From NCBI GenBank assembly GCA_051294375.1, contig CM119271.1:15134770-15198769 (forward strand): 64,000 nucleotides of DNA, in the 5' to 3' direction. The notes under the pieces are model-generated. The model did no database searches and was not told the origin of the DNA. It was given only the letters and a program-made list of their open reading frames with translations. This DNA comes from Paraspadella gotoi. Lineage: Eukaryota; Animalia; Chaetognatha. The translations under genes were made by a program, and so were the position numbers. Positions 11,020-24,965 of the stretch are shown piece after piece. The stretch's first letter is position 1; each line of letters starts with the position of its first letter.

Positions 11020-12930
11020 AAACGAAGTTTGAGCAAACAATGTCGGATCGGCCCATGATAAATTTAGCGGTAAGCAGCATAATCAGATTATAATTAAACA
11101 AAATCTTATATTTTTTTATTTTTTTTTATGAAATTTGGTACATTACAATAATAAAAATCTTATTTCATTCATTTAAATAAATAAGGCTTTTATTTATTTT
11201 AGTTTATTTTTTATTGTTTTTTTTATTTAGATCATTAATTCAACCATTTAATTTGTCATCAAAAATTCATGAATTTCAGGAATGTTGAAATAATTTTTTT
11301 TAATTTCAAATTTTTAATTTAAAATCATAGTTAATTTAACAAATCGTCATTTCAATGATCATCAAATTAGATTGAGGGAATGGCCAAATTGTTAAAATTA
11401 TCAATTGATGACGAAAGAAGAATGCTAGAGAGAGATAGCAAGTTCATAACATATTTCTAATTAAAATAATAAAATAATATATTATTAACTTATTATTAAA
11501 ACTAATTATTTAACTTATTTTTAATTATTTTATAATTACAAATTATTACAAAACGCTTAATGAAATTTCTCTAAAATAATAATGCTGTGATGCCAGGGAT
11601 TTGGTCTGTTTCAGGATAAACATTCAAAAAATATACCTTTAAAATAGAAGATAAACAACAATGAAAGGAGCACCATTTGGTGATGGCTCGGCCTTAAACC
11701 TGGATATTGGGAAATTAAAGAGCCGAAATCCATGAAGGGTATAGTTCCCAACGATACCCTTCCATTGTATTTAAACATAATAGATAACAAATATCAAAAA
11801 TAAAAATAAAAAATAGGATAAAGAAAAAATAAAAATTTTCATTAAGTATTTAAGATTAATATTCATGACATAAAGGTCCCCTATAGACCTTTCCCCAGTA
11901 TGTAATCCCTATCAGAACATACAATTCTAACGATGGTAGTCTATCCCTATTGGCTAAAAAAAAAAAAAAAAAAATCACTATATAACCCGTTGGTCCGCCC
12001 CTCAAAAAATTTATCCTTTCCCACCCCTTTCTGTTCAGCTCTCTAGATATATGATTTTTATTAATGACTTTCTAACAGAAATGATTGTGCATATCTATTA
12101 GAAAACTAGGACAGATTATAATCTAAACCTTGGTGTTGTATAAGATGCCTCCTTATTTCCAGAAGACAACACCGACTTTCCCCTTCCCGCAATGTGAATT
12201 ATTCAGATAAATAAACATTGGTTAAAAAAAAGGAAAGCAATATATATTTTTTAGCATAATATAGATTAAATACTAAACCTTCTAAAATATAAAAAATAGA
12301 AAATTAGTGAAACAAGTAATTTGTTAAATTTTCATATCAATCAACTGATCTATCAGCCAAATCAAATCATTTTAACTAAGAGAGATAAAAAACTTGAATA
12401 TTGAAAAGAATTTAAAAAGATGTGAATATTTTTTTTTTCCATTTAAACTCTTTTCTACTGCACGATTCCATCAAAACTTTATATCCGACTGAAATCACAC
12501 ACTTCCTAACCAAACATTCTAATCCCTGTATCCAATAATAAATGATTGGAAATAGTTATTCAGTGAAATATAAGTAACAAATTCAAGTAAATTTGACTTT
12601 AGTGTTTTTCCATTAAACTCATTTCCACTTCATTCCAATCCAACCAATCACGAGGAATTGGCAGTTTAATGCTAATGGGGATGGACGGACGGACATCATT
12701 TTTTTGTATTTATTTATCATTTAATTCGATGTCTGATATAATGCGTTTTTATAGTTATATGTTTATGGTTAATGACCATTAATAATGGTTATATGCGTTT
12801 ATTTTATTCCAACATTTAGTACAGCCATAACATACTGATAAAAATGATTTACCAACAAGAGTTTGGGGGTGCGACGACAAGTGAATTATAGAGTCGCGAA
12901 ACTGCTTGATAAGCAGATCTGACTAAGAAG
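11020..12930 (-). mobile_element. DINE-1/HINE-like element with nested inserts
   Basis: 3' end gtttgagcaaacaatgtcggatc near 11027; ggacggacggac near 12684; 5' end agcagatctgactaa near 12912. Confidence 0.6.
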
Positions 12931-13918
12931 AATAATTACACTTATTTTGAAATTATAATTAAGATAGCAATCTGAAAAAAATTGGGGAGGAGAAAAAAAT
13001 ATTGATTGCATTGGGCGAAAATCCGTTTTTGCTCGCGCTATAGAAATATAATGATAACAAATACTTAAACTAATCCGTTTTATTATAAATGAGTATCGAT
13101 AGATATACAAAAAATTAAAAAATAAAAAAAAGATTTTTTTTCGCTCCTAAGCATGCGTAATCTCTCAGTCTTAACTTATAAAGATTTATTTTATAAATCT
13201 AATAAATTTTTATTCTTGTATTTATCAGTTTTTGAATAAATCATAATTCCATACAATTAAAGCATTTTTTCTCTCACCAGTCTGTTTATTCATTCCAGAG
13301 TACCTCTTCCCTATCAATGAAGTGCTATAATTTTCAAAGCAGGTTTCACATTTTATGTATTAATTGGGGAATACTATATGTTTTATATTGTATCGCCCAG
13401 AATAAAAATTCAAGGAGCTTTGTTAAAAAGTAATCAAATCTAAGGTGACCGATCCGATCAGAAAATTGTTTTTATAAACGACGCACGCCTCTCATCAGTT
13501 TTATTCCTTTCTTCGGTGATCGATCACTAATCTTCTTTCTAATCCACCTCAATTCACCTATCACCTCTGACCCCGCGATTTCGAAACCTTTCCACTATAA
13601 AAGAGAGGATTTTAACGGGGCATCACAAGAACAACAACGGCTAAATAGTAGGGAGGAAAAAAAAGACGAATTACATTAGAAAAAAAAGTTTTTTATAAAA
13701 AGAATTTCGAATTTGCCCGCAACGCAATAGTTTGGTTTTTTAACATGAAATGAATACAAATAATAATGAAAATTAATCTTTTTTTAAATAGCTAACTTGC
13801 CCCTTGACTTTTTCTCAGACAGTTACAAGGTTACATGTTACAATAAATTTTCTTTCATTAATTTACGTTTTTTTTCTCTTTATTTTTGAGGCGTGGAATC
13901 GCATCAGTTCCAAAGACG

Positions 13919-16900
13919 ATGGAAAATCCCAAGCCACTTCTTCGGTTTTCGCGTCATAGCTTTGACCACTCGGTCAACTTGAGATTTATTTTGTAATTGA
14001 GCCTTTTCGTTTCGTTGCATTGTAAATCGAAGAAGAAAACGTTTTATATAAAAAAGCTATTTTTTGAACAGCAATCTTCTTCGAGATAATAATGTAGCAT
14101 AGTAAGATCCTGCAAGCTGCAAGAATCTCACTGTCTAGATTATTATCTCTTTATAATATCTTAGACTAGTTTTTTATAGTGTCTGTTCCTCCCGGTCCAG
14201 CATTTTCCAGTGGCTGCTGTCTGCTGCTGCTGTCATTGTCTCGCGCTAAAATCGTAAGCGCGGATGTGAGATGCTTCGCGGATTCCAGTAAAGTCATGTG
14301 GTCAGCGTCTTGCTTCAGGACGGCGCGATATCACCAGTGCCGATAACGGTCGAGCGAATGTTAGCCGGAAAGAAAGTAAAAAGAGAGAGGTGGAGAGAAA
14401 AAGGAGAAGAGAATAGAGGAGAGAAAGATAAACCGGACAAATTAGAAAGAGAGTGAAAGAATTTATTAACAAAGAGTGAGACAAGTAAAGAGTCGACCGA
14501 CAGAAAAGAGTTGGTAAAGAAAAAGAGAGAAGAATAAGAGCGCGCAGCTCCTATACAGAAAGAGAGAAGAACGTCCAAAAGCGACCTCCAAAAAAAAAAG
14601 AAAAAAAGAAATTGACTCTGTATTGGCGATAGCAGCATACGGAGCGTTGAAAGAGACGTCAGTCTGCACGACGGCACCGACCGTGACAATACTTCAAAAC
14701 TGTGGCGACCTTTCGGGTTTGAGCGAGGTTCACAACCGCACCGACGAACGACGCGACGGCGACGACTCAGCGACTTCACTGCGGATTCAAATCAATCTCA
14801 AGATCTGTTCGAAGCACGTTAGTTCTTTCTTGTTGTTGTTACTTTGTTAGGTTACTTGTAAGTTGTTGCTAAATGTCCAAAATCCTTCCTAAATCTAGCA
14901 CAAATCCTTCCAAAATTATCCAATCCTTATCAAATTTTTTTGAGTTCCTATCCTAAATTTTCTCTAAAAACTTCCATATATTTTCCAAATCCTTATGAAA
15001 TTGCGTACAACGCAATATAAAAATCCATTCATTTAATAATAAGCTATCTTGCCCCTGACTTTGGACAGGCTTTGGTGTTAAGGCCTCATCACTCTTACAA
15101 GATAATGACATAGCAGATCCCTGCAAGCTTTACAATCAAGACTCTCTTCACAAGTTCTCGTTTATCACTTCCCAGAGTACCTGGCTTCCCTATCAATGAA
15201 GTGTGTTATTAATATTTCAAAGGAATTTTTCAATTGTATGAAAAGACCACTCCCTAAGTATTAAGATCGGGAGAATACTATTGTACTCCGCCACTAGCAT
15301 CAAAATACAAGGAGCTGAATTTTATAAATTGGTACAACCATAATAAAAAATTATCCATTCATTTAATAAATAAGCTATCTTTCCCCTGTACTTTGGACAG
15401 GCTTGTGGTTTATTATCCAAACTTCGCAAAATTCTTTAATGTATTTCCCAAATCCTACGATTCTATCACAAATCCTTTTAAATCCTTCCAGTTCCTTTCC
15501 AAACCTTCTAAATCTATCCTCAAATCCTCACCAAAAGAAATTAAAATCCTTCCACGATTCCCTCCGCCAGACTTTGCAAGACGTCTTGCAAACTACAGAC
15601 GGAGCGGTAGCGAAAAAGAAACAGCATTTTCGACTCGAGGTTTAGAAATTCTCGCCTCTAACCTCTTTGTGACCAACACTTAACAATCTCAAGTAAGAAA
15701 AGCCATTATGCATGGGCAACGGTGAAGACATGTGTGGTTGCCTGGGTGTAACCATCTCCCGGAAAGCGGGGGGTAGGATGGGGCCAGATGGCGCTCAGGG
15801 CTTTGGACCTAAAAGTCACCACTCGTTGTCACTGGCGGCTTATTTATACCGGCACTATTACACTTAAAACCATTGATCGTGAGGGGTTAAACCCCGAACT
15901 CACGGTTGGTAAGCAGGAACTTAGCTTGTCCAAGCTCATGGCACAAGCTGTGTTTCACCAAGGCTATACGGGATGGTGAATTTAGGTTCTCCCAAATAAT
16001 CATTTGTCTCCATTTGCGCAATTGGCAAACGGGGGGCGGTTATCGCCCGATGATAGCTGCAAAGTTCTTTGGGCCTATAGTATTATTAATTTATAAACAT
16101 TTTTTGTTGTTTTTGTTAACTTTTTTTTGCGTATCTTGTTAAGACTAAGTGTGTAAACCTACTATTTTTGTGATTATCTGAATCCAGTGTTGTTACATAC
16201 CGTAATGTTATTTATTGCAAAGGATATGAAATAGGTATAATATGATATATATAATGTAAACTTTATAAAATATGATAATAAACTTTATAAATTGCCCAAC
16301 CCCCCCCCCGTCTTTAGATGCTCCGTATAAAACGACAGACGACACTTCGCTCACATCTCAAGCCAACATCGGTGCGTGCCACTCAAAGACGAAGACAATA
16401 AATACTCAGTATATAGACAGTAAGTTCAGCTTAATCTAATTTATAGAACTTAGTCGGCTAAGTTTATATGAAATTAGCAAAAAAAAAATAAAAATTAAAG
16501 ATTAACTATTTATTTACTAGTAAATAAGCTGACATTTGTAGGTTTTTGCAAGATGCTAACATAGCATGACACCGCAAGCTTTCCAATCAATACTCTCTCA
16601 CATCAATTTCTTTTTTATTAAATTGTACAACCAAATATAAAATTATCCAATTCATTTAATAAATAAGCTATCTTCCCCTTTGGACAGGCTTTGGTGGCTT
16701 ACAAATAATATATTCACTAATTGTTTCTCCCTACAGATTCTACAAAGTGGATCGGCATGTCAAGCAAAACTCTAATTACACAAGGACTCCGGCGACTTTA
16801 CCAGATGAATCTGTGCGACCAAGACTGAAGTAAAGCGAAGTTCCTTGGGGATGTCTCTGTCGAGACGGCCATCGCCTCCATCAAGTACTCTGGTCTGGTA

Positions 16901-17240
16901 GCTTAAAATCCACTAACCTTTCACGGGCGGTCATTGGTAAAGGGAGGCAAGTTATCGCTCCCAAACCCAAAGCGTCCGAAGATCTAGCCGCTGGGCCGAC
17001 TTGCAGCTTAATAGCGACGTGGCGCTTAACCCGCCTGTAACATGGTTTTACAGCCTGATCCGAGGCTCTCTTCCATACATAGAAATCAATCGACGTTGTG
17101 AATCTTTTTAAAACTCGTCGTGTAATTAAGCCATTGCTTAATAAGCATTGCTTAATAAGCCATACTAAATAAAATTTTTTAAAGCAAATGAGCTATTAAA
17201 CCTAAAAGATCTGCAAAGAAGCGGCCTGCACTACGACGGC
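13919..17240 (+). pseudogene. Truncated duplicate of the ZP gene (exons 1-5 and start of exon 6); may be an assembly artefact
   Basis: Matches 28914-31838 with multiple frameshifting indels and breaks off inside exon 6 at the duplication junction. Confidence 0.65.
14995..15325 (+). mobile_element. Repeat family A inserted at the head of another family A fragment; copy 1 only
   Basis: Followed directly by a second head (aaattggtacaacc); copy 2 at 29971 has only the single truncated head. Confidence 0.7.
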
Positions 17241-17358
17241 ACATCTCTCTCTATATATATATATATAAAATTTTCTCTCCTTTTTTTCTGCCCTTCCAGT
17301 ATTTTTTTTCACTTTCTACCATTTTTTTTTCTTTCAACTAATTTTATGCATTTACATC

Positions 17359-17721
17359 TTAGAGACAAAGTTTGAAATAATTGGCAATAACGATTTATTT
17401 TCAAGTTGAAAACGTACATGTTTCGGCTTTTTTACAAGCCTTCTTCAGCGTCAATTTAGTTTGTGAAAATATTAGACAGATTTTGTGTAGAAGGGGAGAG
17501 AGAGAGAGAGAGAGGCAAAGTTTCTCTGTTTCTCTCTCTCTCCCCATCTTCTACACAAAATCTGTCTAATAATTTTACAAACTAAATTGACGCTGAAGAA
17601 GGCTTGTAAAAAAGTCGAAACATGTACGTTTTCATCTTGAAAATAAATTGTTGTTGCCAATTTATTTCAAACTCTCTCTAATCTTTAATCACAACGGAAG
17701 AAAGGATTTACATAACACACA
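17359..17721. mobile_element. Second copy of the palindromic hammerhead insert (motifs at 17410-17452 minus, 17589-17631 plus)
   Basis: Same palindrome and same ATGCATTTACATC flanks (17346-17358, 17722-17734). Confidence 0.7.
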
Positions 17722-18733
17722 ATGCATTTACATCAAAGAATATTTTGAAATATAATAAATATATAAATACATACAATGTATATATTAACATACAAAGTAT
17801 ATATTACATACATATTCTTACAAATTAAATTCTTACATGAAAAACTTTTTATTATATTTTGTTATTAAAAAATAAATAATTATTCGTTTTCTCTCCTTTT
17901 CTTTCCCTCTTTAGAACGAACAAAGAAGCAAATGAAATAAAACCGAATGAATGAAAAAAGGTAATAAAAAAATTATTATAAAAAAATTTAAAATTAATAA
18001 TAGAAAGAAGGAATCTTTAAAAAAACATTAAGGCTAACTAAAAATATCCTTCAATGATGAAATACTTTTTAATAAAACGGGGAAAAACAAATTATTAATC
18101 AATAAATTTTTTGATCAATAGCTCAATCAATAAACCATTCAATCAATAAACTAATATTCATATTTTATATTTATAATTATGGTCATGGTTTATGAAAGAC
18201 TAACAACTAGAAAAATAATGAGGAAGAGAAATAGAGAAAGAAAAAGAGAAAGCGAAAGAGAGAAAGAGAAAGAGAGAACGAGAAAACTTAATATAAAATT
18301 AGAATTACATTAGGCTTTTCCTTTCTTTGACTTTTTTTATATTTGTATTATGCTTAAGGCAAAAGAAAAAACTTGTATGCAAGATTTATCATGATGTATT
18401 ATTTGATTAGCTGATATTGATAAGCTCAATTATCATGGGTATTTTCAAGATAGTTTGCTCAAAAAAAATTTTCTTTTACTAACTATAATGTGTACCTCCT
18501 CTATCTGAAATAGAAGATAAAGAAGGTTCAGGAGCCAGAGTTAAAGAGAAAATTACCATTAAATACTTTAGTTTGTTTTAAATATTAGTATTTTAAATTT
18601 AAAGTTAAATTATAAAATTAACCGATTTTAACGGTTAACCGTTAAAAATGTTAGTTTTAACGGTTAAGCGAATTTCCTAAAAAATTAACCTGATTAGTAA
18701 TGGTTGCCCTTTTCGCGCTTAATCCCAAATTCG

Positions 18734-19584
18734 TTTTTAGTCGGGTCTGCTAATCAGCAGATCCCGATTCTATAATTCACTTTGTCGGATCTGCTAATCA
18801 GCAGATCCCGATTCTATAATTCACTTTGTCGGTTCGTCGGTCCGCCCCCTCAATATTGTCGGGCACACACTTATATCATGTCAGAACATCGTTTTATGAT
18901 AAATTATGCAAAAAAAAAATGTCCGTCCGTCCGTCCGTCCATCCCACCTTAGCAAAAAACACTAATTACTCGGGATTGGATGGATGGATTTGAATTAAAT
19001 TTTTTGTGTGGGTAGGGAAGTGTGTGATTGAGCTGGATATGAAGTTTCGATGGAATCGTCCGAGTGCAAATGAGTTTAAATGTAAAAAACAAAAAAATAT
19101 ATTTAACTATTTGAACACCAATTGCTCATGAGTGGATGGGGCGATTGACCTAGAATTTTGTATATGGGTAGGAAAGTGTGTGATTGATCAGGAAATCAAG
19201 TTTCGATGGAATGGTTTGAGTGGAAATGAGTTTAAATGGAAAAAAACAAAAAACCTGTTTCACTAATTGATTATGCTTCTTTTTCCTTTTATATTAAATG
19301 TAAATGCAGAATGTATTAAAAAATCAAATAATTAATCTGTTAATTAATCAATTAGTCAATCAATAATTAATTAATCAGTCAATCAATCAAGTCAATCGTT
19401 ATCGGCATTATTCTCATCGTCGTTATTGCTTCTGTTGTGGTTAGTGACGAAAAGACCTAAAAAATTAAATTAATCAAATTAATTGCCTAATTAATTAATT
19501 AATTAACTTGATATTTAATTATTAATTAATTAAATTACCGATAATGATCGTGGGCAGATTCAGATATTTTTGCTTAAATTTGTT
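18734..19584 (+). mobile_element. DINE-1/HINE-like element (duplicate of 4314-5135) with a ~45 bp local duplication of the 5' hairpin
   Basis: tctgctaatcagcagatcccgattctataattcactttgtcgg occurs twice at 18746-18832. Confidence 0.75.
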
Positions 19585-19637
19585 AATAGTATGTTCCATA
19601 CAGTGTTATAGCACTGTATATACAGTATACAGTTATA

Positions 19638-20044
19638 CAGAAGGCTTCATATTATAAAAATGTGGTAACCCCTTTTTGACCAGAACACGTTACCGAGAAA
19701 GCTACTGGTCCAAAATTTATTGAAATTTTGTATGAACATCCTTATGTGAGAATATAAATAGAAACTATCGAGGCGAATTTCAATATTTGACCCCTGAAAG
19801 CCCTGAATATCAGACATGCGTTCAAGTCAGTTTTGGAATAATTTAGGAAAATTGGAAGTAAACTGATGAATTTTATTTTTAAAATGTTTTTTTTATATGT
19901 TTAAAACGTCAATGCACCTGATTACACTAAAAAATCTTAAAAAATGAAAAAAAAATTTTTAGGTTTTTTTGGCCCCCCAGGGGTCCACCCCCAAGATTCT
20001 GGTCAAAAAAAGGGGTACCACATTTTATAATATGAAGCCTTCTG
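19638..20044. mobile_element. Tc1/mariner-type MITE (duplicate)
   Basis: TA|CAGAAGGCTTCATATTATAAAA...TTTTATAATATGAAGCCTTCTG|TA. Confidence 0.8.
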
Positions 20045-20227
20045 TATAGTATACAGTGTATACTGTGGCGAATCCTAAATGCGCCCCCCATATAGCTTGG
20101 TGAAACTCAGCTCGTCCCATTGGCGTTGACAGCTAAGTAATCGTTCACCAATCGTTCAATCCCCTCACGGTCACGCTGGTTAAGTGTGATGGTGTCGGTA
20201 TTTTAATTAGTGACATGGTGTGGTCAC

Positions 20228-20908
20228 TAGAGTGGAAAACTCAAGAACAAAAAATTTGAGATAGTATGATTAATCTAGTCCAAAAAAATATTGTTTATGT
20301 TCATATTATGTGGGAAAACAGAATAGTAAAAAATAAAATAATATTTGTAGTATAATATCCTTGATAAAAAGTAATATTTATAAAGTTAATTAATAATTTT
20401 AAAAATAATTATTTATAAACATTATTAAGCAGATTTCTTCATAAAAAGTTGAATCAAAAATATAAAACATTGTTATACAATAAAAAAAAATTCTGTATCA
20501 TCTTACAATGTTAATAAAAATAAGAAAAAAAAGAGTGAAAAAATTATATCTCTCTAGATGTAACGTATAAAATATAATCATTAGAACATATAATGTATTA
20601 AAACGTTTTAAGTACATTAATTTTTTGAATCTACAAAAAATTTAACAATAATTTTATATAAAAGTTTCTTAGTTTTTAACTACAGCGAAATCCAAAATAC
20701 AAACAAGTTTATCAAATAATTAAAAAATAATTTAAAATTATTTTTAAATTTAACGATTATTGTAAAGAGATAAATTACAATATATAAAATAAATTATTTA
20801 TAATGCTAAAAAAATTTTTTAAAAAGATTTTAAAATTCATTAATTATATGTCCATAGGCAGCAAAAAAATAATGTTCAATCACTCAATCTTTTCATTACT
20901 CCACCCTA
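20228..20908. mobile_element. hAT-superfamily MITE
   Basis: TIR TAGAGTGGA...TCCACCCTA with a perfect 8 bp TSD GTGGTCAC (20220-20227, 20909-20916); AT-rich interior; related copy at 56964-57300. Confidence 0.85.
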
Positions 20909-21224
20909 GTGGTCACTGCATATCCAATAGCCCTTAGCGCCAGCTGTGGGAGATATCCTCAAACACGGGTATAACCCATGTCTACCCGTTGTCATAAATA
21001 ACTTATTTCCCACGTCGTCCCTGCATCTACGCATTTTAACACAACGCTCTCGAACTCCTTCGGTTACACTCCAACATCCCCCCCCATAACGAACCCCGCC
21101 AAACCCTATATAGGTGGGGCAAGCAGTAAAGAAACTTTTACTTCTTCCTCCTTTCAACACGCCGAAGTCTTCGCTTGCGCTATATACCCGGCCAGTACTG
21201 TCAACCTGTAACCTTAAACTCTAG

Positions 21225-23252
21225 AACCAAGCGAAACTGGTCAAGGCGCGCGCGGAGGAGGCGCTGTCGACGGCGCGGAGCCGCGTGCAGCAGGCGACGT
21301 CGCGCCACGAGGCAGAAGTCGCCTCTAACCGCTCCCTCGCCGCCAAACTAGCCGCCGTCGACGAGGCGATTGAGCGCGGGCGAGAGGAAGGGTATCGGGC
21401 GCGGGAGAGGCGCGCCGCGGAGCGCCGGGATCTGCTGCAGGAGATGAAGTCCTTCGTCCGCGGAGAGGAGCAAGCGGAGGAGGAGATTCGCGTTTCCCGG
21501 GAGGAGATCGAGAGAAGAGGATTCGCCGTCGTGGACGAGGAGTTGCGGAAGTTGAAGGAGGAGATGGAGAAAGATGAGCCTCAGGTTGGTCGAGTTGAGA
21601 ATTGGAGATAATTAAATTATCACGCATAAAACGGGGTAAAACCGAAAAGGAATAGTTTAGGAGCCGACGTCGTTCTTAGAGATCGAAGAAGATATTTTCA
21701 ATGGAGATTTTCGTTCAAATCCGACTACCAAACAATATAAACGTTCCTGGGAAAAATTCCGGTAAAAAATCGATGTAAAAACACAGTGTTTAACACTTGA
21801 TTCCGATCCTGTTGTATCTGAAGGGCTCGCATTTTTTTTCTCTTGTCATTAACATCTTGATATCAAACAAGCCAGAACAAATAGACTGCTTCTGGACGGA
21901 AAAATTTTCTGTCTCTGATTTTATATAGAAACGAAAGGGATTTTTTTACTTGAAAACGATATAAACGTGACTATTGACTAAGGTGTGTTCCTGTTCAACA
22001 AATTACGTCCAATTTTCGGTTCCGAAGATTTTGGTTAATAATTTTTATATTTATGGTCGGATTTTTTAGAAACTTAATATTAACAATATTGCCATCATTC
22101 TACCTTGGCCGGTATAAGAATATATTAAAAAACCTCTGGCTTTGTTCTTCAGAGCTTAGTCCTAAATAGTTTTAACGTTTACCATGTTGGAATTCGCGAT
22201 TTATCTTTTCTTCGTTTTATTAATTTTTCCTGAACAAATTTTTCGTCAAGAGGATGAAAAGACCTTTCAACTGGTTACTGAAATTCATGGATATGTCTCA
22301 CGGTATGGCCCGCACGAAATTAAATCTTGAAAATCCTTAAGAAAGAATTTAACTGTTTTTACTTTTCTTTTTGGTTTATGTCTTTTTATCATAAATTTTA
22401 GATTCTCCCAATGTTCTGATGACTCTGGTTTGACGGCGGCAACTATACCTTATCAGGATGTTTGCTGTGAAAAAGTTTTTGACAAATTTTTTGATCTGCA
22501 AAGAGTGAAAACTCTGCCGAAAGTCTCTCTTCTCTCTCTCTCTGATTTTCACCCTACTCATCTGCTTCATCCTCCTAGGACTAAGCTCTGTCGAAAAAAG
22601 CCAGAGGTTTTTTTAATATATTCTTTTACCGGCCAATGTAAAATGTTATTGTTAAGTTTCAAAAAAATATAGAAAATAAAAAATCGGAAAATCCACCCCT
22701 TTGGAAGAATTTTGCCATAGAAAATTATTTTTCTTAAACTGTATTCGCTTCGTTTTCTTTGAACGATGACTCGCTTTATACTAATATCGCGGGGCCATCG
22801 TACAGACGGAAGAATTTGGAGAACGCCGAGATGGAACCGGATATTACGTTAGCCGGCTCAGCCATTACGATTTGCGATTGGGTTGAGATTAGTGGGCGAT
22901 AGCTCTTTGAATCCCCGACGCTGGCATTCCTTAATCGAGAAGTCAAAACGCCTGAAACTTAGTATTTGTTGTGAAAAACTAATACTATTTGTAATAGTCC
23001 GAATTCGACATTTTATTCTATAAAAAAAAACACTTGGCCCTTCCCCTCTCCCAGACCAACGCCGGCGACGCCGAGTTCGGGCCAACCGACGCGAAGAACG
23101 CCGCGGAGGCGCTGGAATGCGGCGCAGCGGTGGCGGTGGCTGCGTCGGAGCTGTCGAAGACGTTGAAGGAGGAAGAGAAGAAGAGAGAAGCGGCGATGGA
23201 GGAATTGAAGGAATTGAGGAAGAAGAGGAGGGGAGTGGGGATGGAGAATTGA
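21225..23252 (+). CDS. Coiled-coil protein, 3' exons (~21225-21584, 23055-23252), copy 2
   Basis: RAEEALSTARSRVQQATSRHEAEVASNRSLAAKLAAVDEAIE...MEKDEPQ|TNAGDAEF...EELKELRKKRRGVGMEN*; phase-0 splice is consistent. No family recognised. Confidence 0.7.
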
Positions 23253-23420
23253 TTTTGTGAAATAGATGGGAGGAGAATTGATTTTGGGAGGTGGAGGGGA
23301 TGGGAGAATTGATTTGGGAGGTGAGGGGATGGAGAATTGATTTTTGGGAGGTGGAGGGGATTAGAAATTGATTTGGGCAGTGGAGGGGGGAGAATTGATT
23401 TTGGAAGGTGGATGGGGGAG
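23236..23420 (+). repeat. ~28 bp minisatellite that includes the coiled-coil stop codon
   Basis: Units of ggggatggagaattgattttgggaggtgga; more units here than in copy 1 (8316-8405). Confidence 0.8.
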
Positions 23421-23732
23421 AAAGGGGATAGAGAGATATTAGAGAAAGGAAAAATAAGCTGATTGATTAATATGTTATAACTAAGACGATATTGTTGTCA
23501 TTTGAACTTAGTAAAAGAAAAACTGTGCGTCTTTGCGAAGAATCCGATTGACTGGATTTTGTTTATTCCCGTTTTGTTTACCTTTTTTGTTTTCGCCCTG
23601 TTTCGCGGATGACAATCAAATAACACTTTGTTGTTTTATGATTTCGTTAAATTGATTATTCATCCCTTGCTTATTGATGTTTCATGAGATATTAGAATTT
23701 AATCGGGACTCGAAATGAAGATAATGATGATA

Positions 23733-24059
23733 ATGAAATTGGTACAACCAATATAAAAATTATCCATTCATTTAATAAATAAGCTATCTTGCCCCTGACT
23801 TTGGACAGGCTTTGGTGGTTTAAGGCCTCCATCACTCTTACAAGATAATGACATAGCAGGTCCCTGCAAGCTTTCAATCAAGACTCTCTCACAGTCTCGT
23901 TTATTCACTCCCAGAGTACCTGGCTTCCCTATCAATGAAGTGGTATAATATTTCAAAGAATGTTTCAATTGTATGAAAAGACCACTCCCTTAAGTATTAG
24001 ATCGGGGAATACTTATTGTACTCCGCACTAGCATCAAAATACAAGGAGCTGAATTTTAT
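23733..24059 (+). mobile_element. Repeat family A, full length
   Basis: atgaaattggtacaacc...ggagctgaattttat. Confidence 0.8.
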
Positions 24060-24160
24060 GAAATTATGTTACTCACCTCGGACATTTCGAACAATCGTAA
24101 TTACCAAATAGCGCAGTTATGCACTAGCCGAGAATCGAGATGGATTTGGTAAGTAGTTTT

Positions 24161-24965
24161 TTTTTAGTCGGATCTGCTTTCAGCAGATCCCGACTCTATA
24201 ATTCACTTTGTCGGTCCGTCGGTCCACCCCCTCAATATTGTCGGGCACTCACTTATATCATGTCAGAACATCGAATTATGATAAATTATGCAAAAAAAAC
24301 AATGTCCGTCCGTCCGTCTGTCTGTCTGTCCGTCTGTCCGTCCGTCCCACCTTAGCAAAAAACGCCAATTACTCGTGATTGTATTGATGGATTAGAATGA
24401 AATTTCTTGTGTGGGTAGGGAAGTGTGTGATTGAGCTATATATGAAGTTTCGATGGAATTGTCCGAGTAGAAATGAGTTTAAATGGAAAAAACAAAAAAA
24501 TATATTTCACTATTTGAACACCAATTATTCATGAGTGGATAGGGCGATTGACTTGAAATTTTGTATTTGGGTAGAAAAGTGTGTGATTAAACTGGAAATC
24601 AAGTTTCGATGGAATCGTTTGAGTGGAAATGAGTTTAAATGGAAAAAACAAAGAACCTATTTCACTAATTGATTATGCTTCTTTTTCTTTTTATTTTAAA
24701 TGTAAATGCAAGATGTATTAATTAATCAAATAATTAATCAGTCAATTAGTCAATTAATTAATCAATAATTAATTTATCAGTCAATTAATCAATCAAAACA
24801 AACATTTCTGATCAAATTAATTAATTAATTGCCTAATTAATTAAATAATTAACTTGAATAAATAAATTATTAATTAATTAAAAAATTAATTAACTTGAAT
24901 TAATTATTAATTAATTACCGATAATGATCGTGGGCAGATCCGACATTGTTTGCTCAAACTTGTTT
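24161..24965 (+). mobile_element. DINE-1/HINE-like element (duplicate of 9131-9923)
   Basis: tttttagtcggatctgctttcagcagatcccgac...(GTCY)n...gcagatccgacattgtttgctcaaacttgtt. Confidence 0.8.

Larger units (their letters stand above)
2688..17240 (+). repeat. Copy 1 of ~14.6 kb direct tandem duplication
   Basis: Starts ttttctctcctttttttt(t)ctgcccttccagt and ends gcggcctgcactacgacggc; collinear with 17271-31838. Confidence 0.95.
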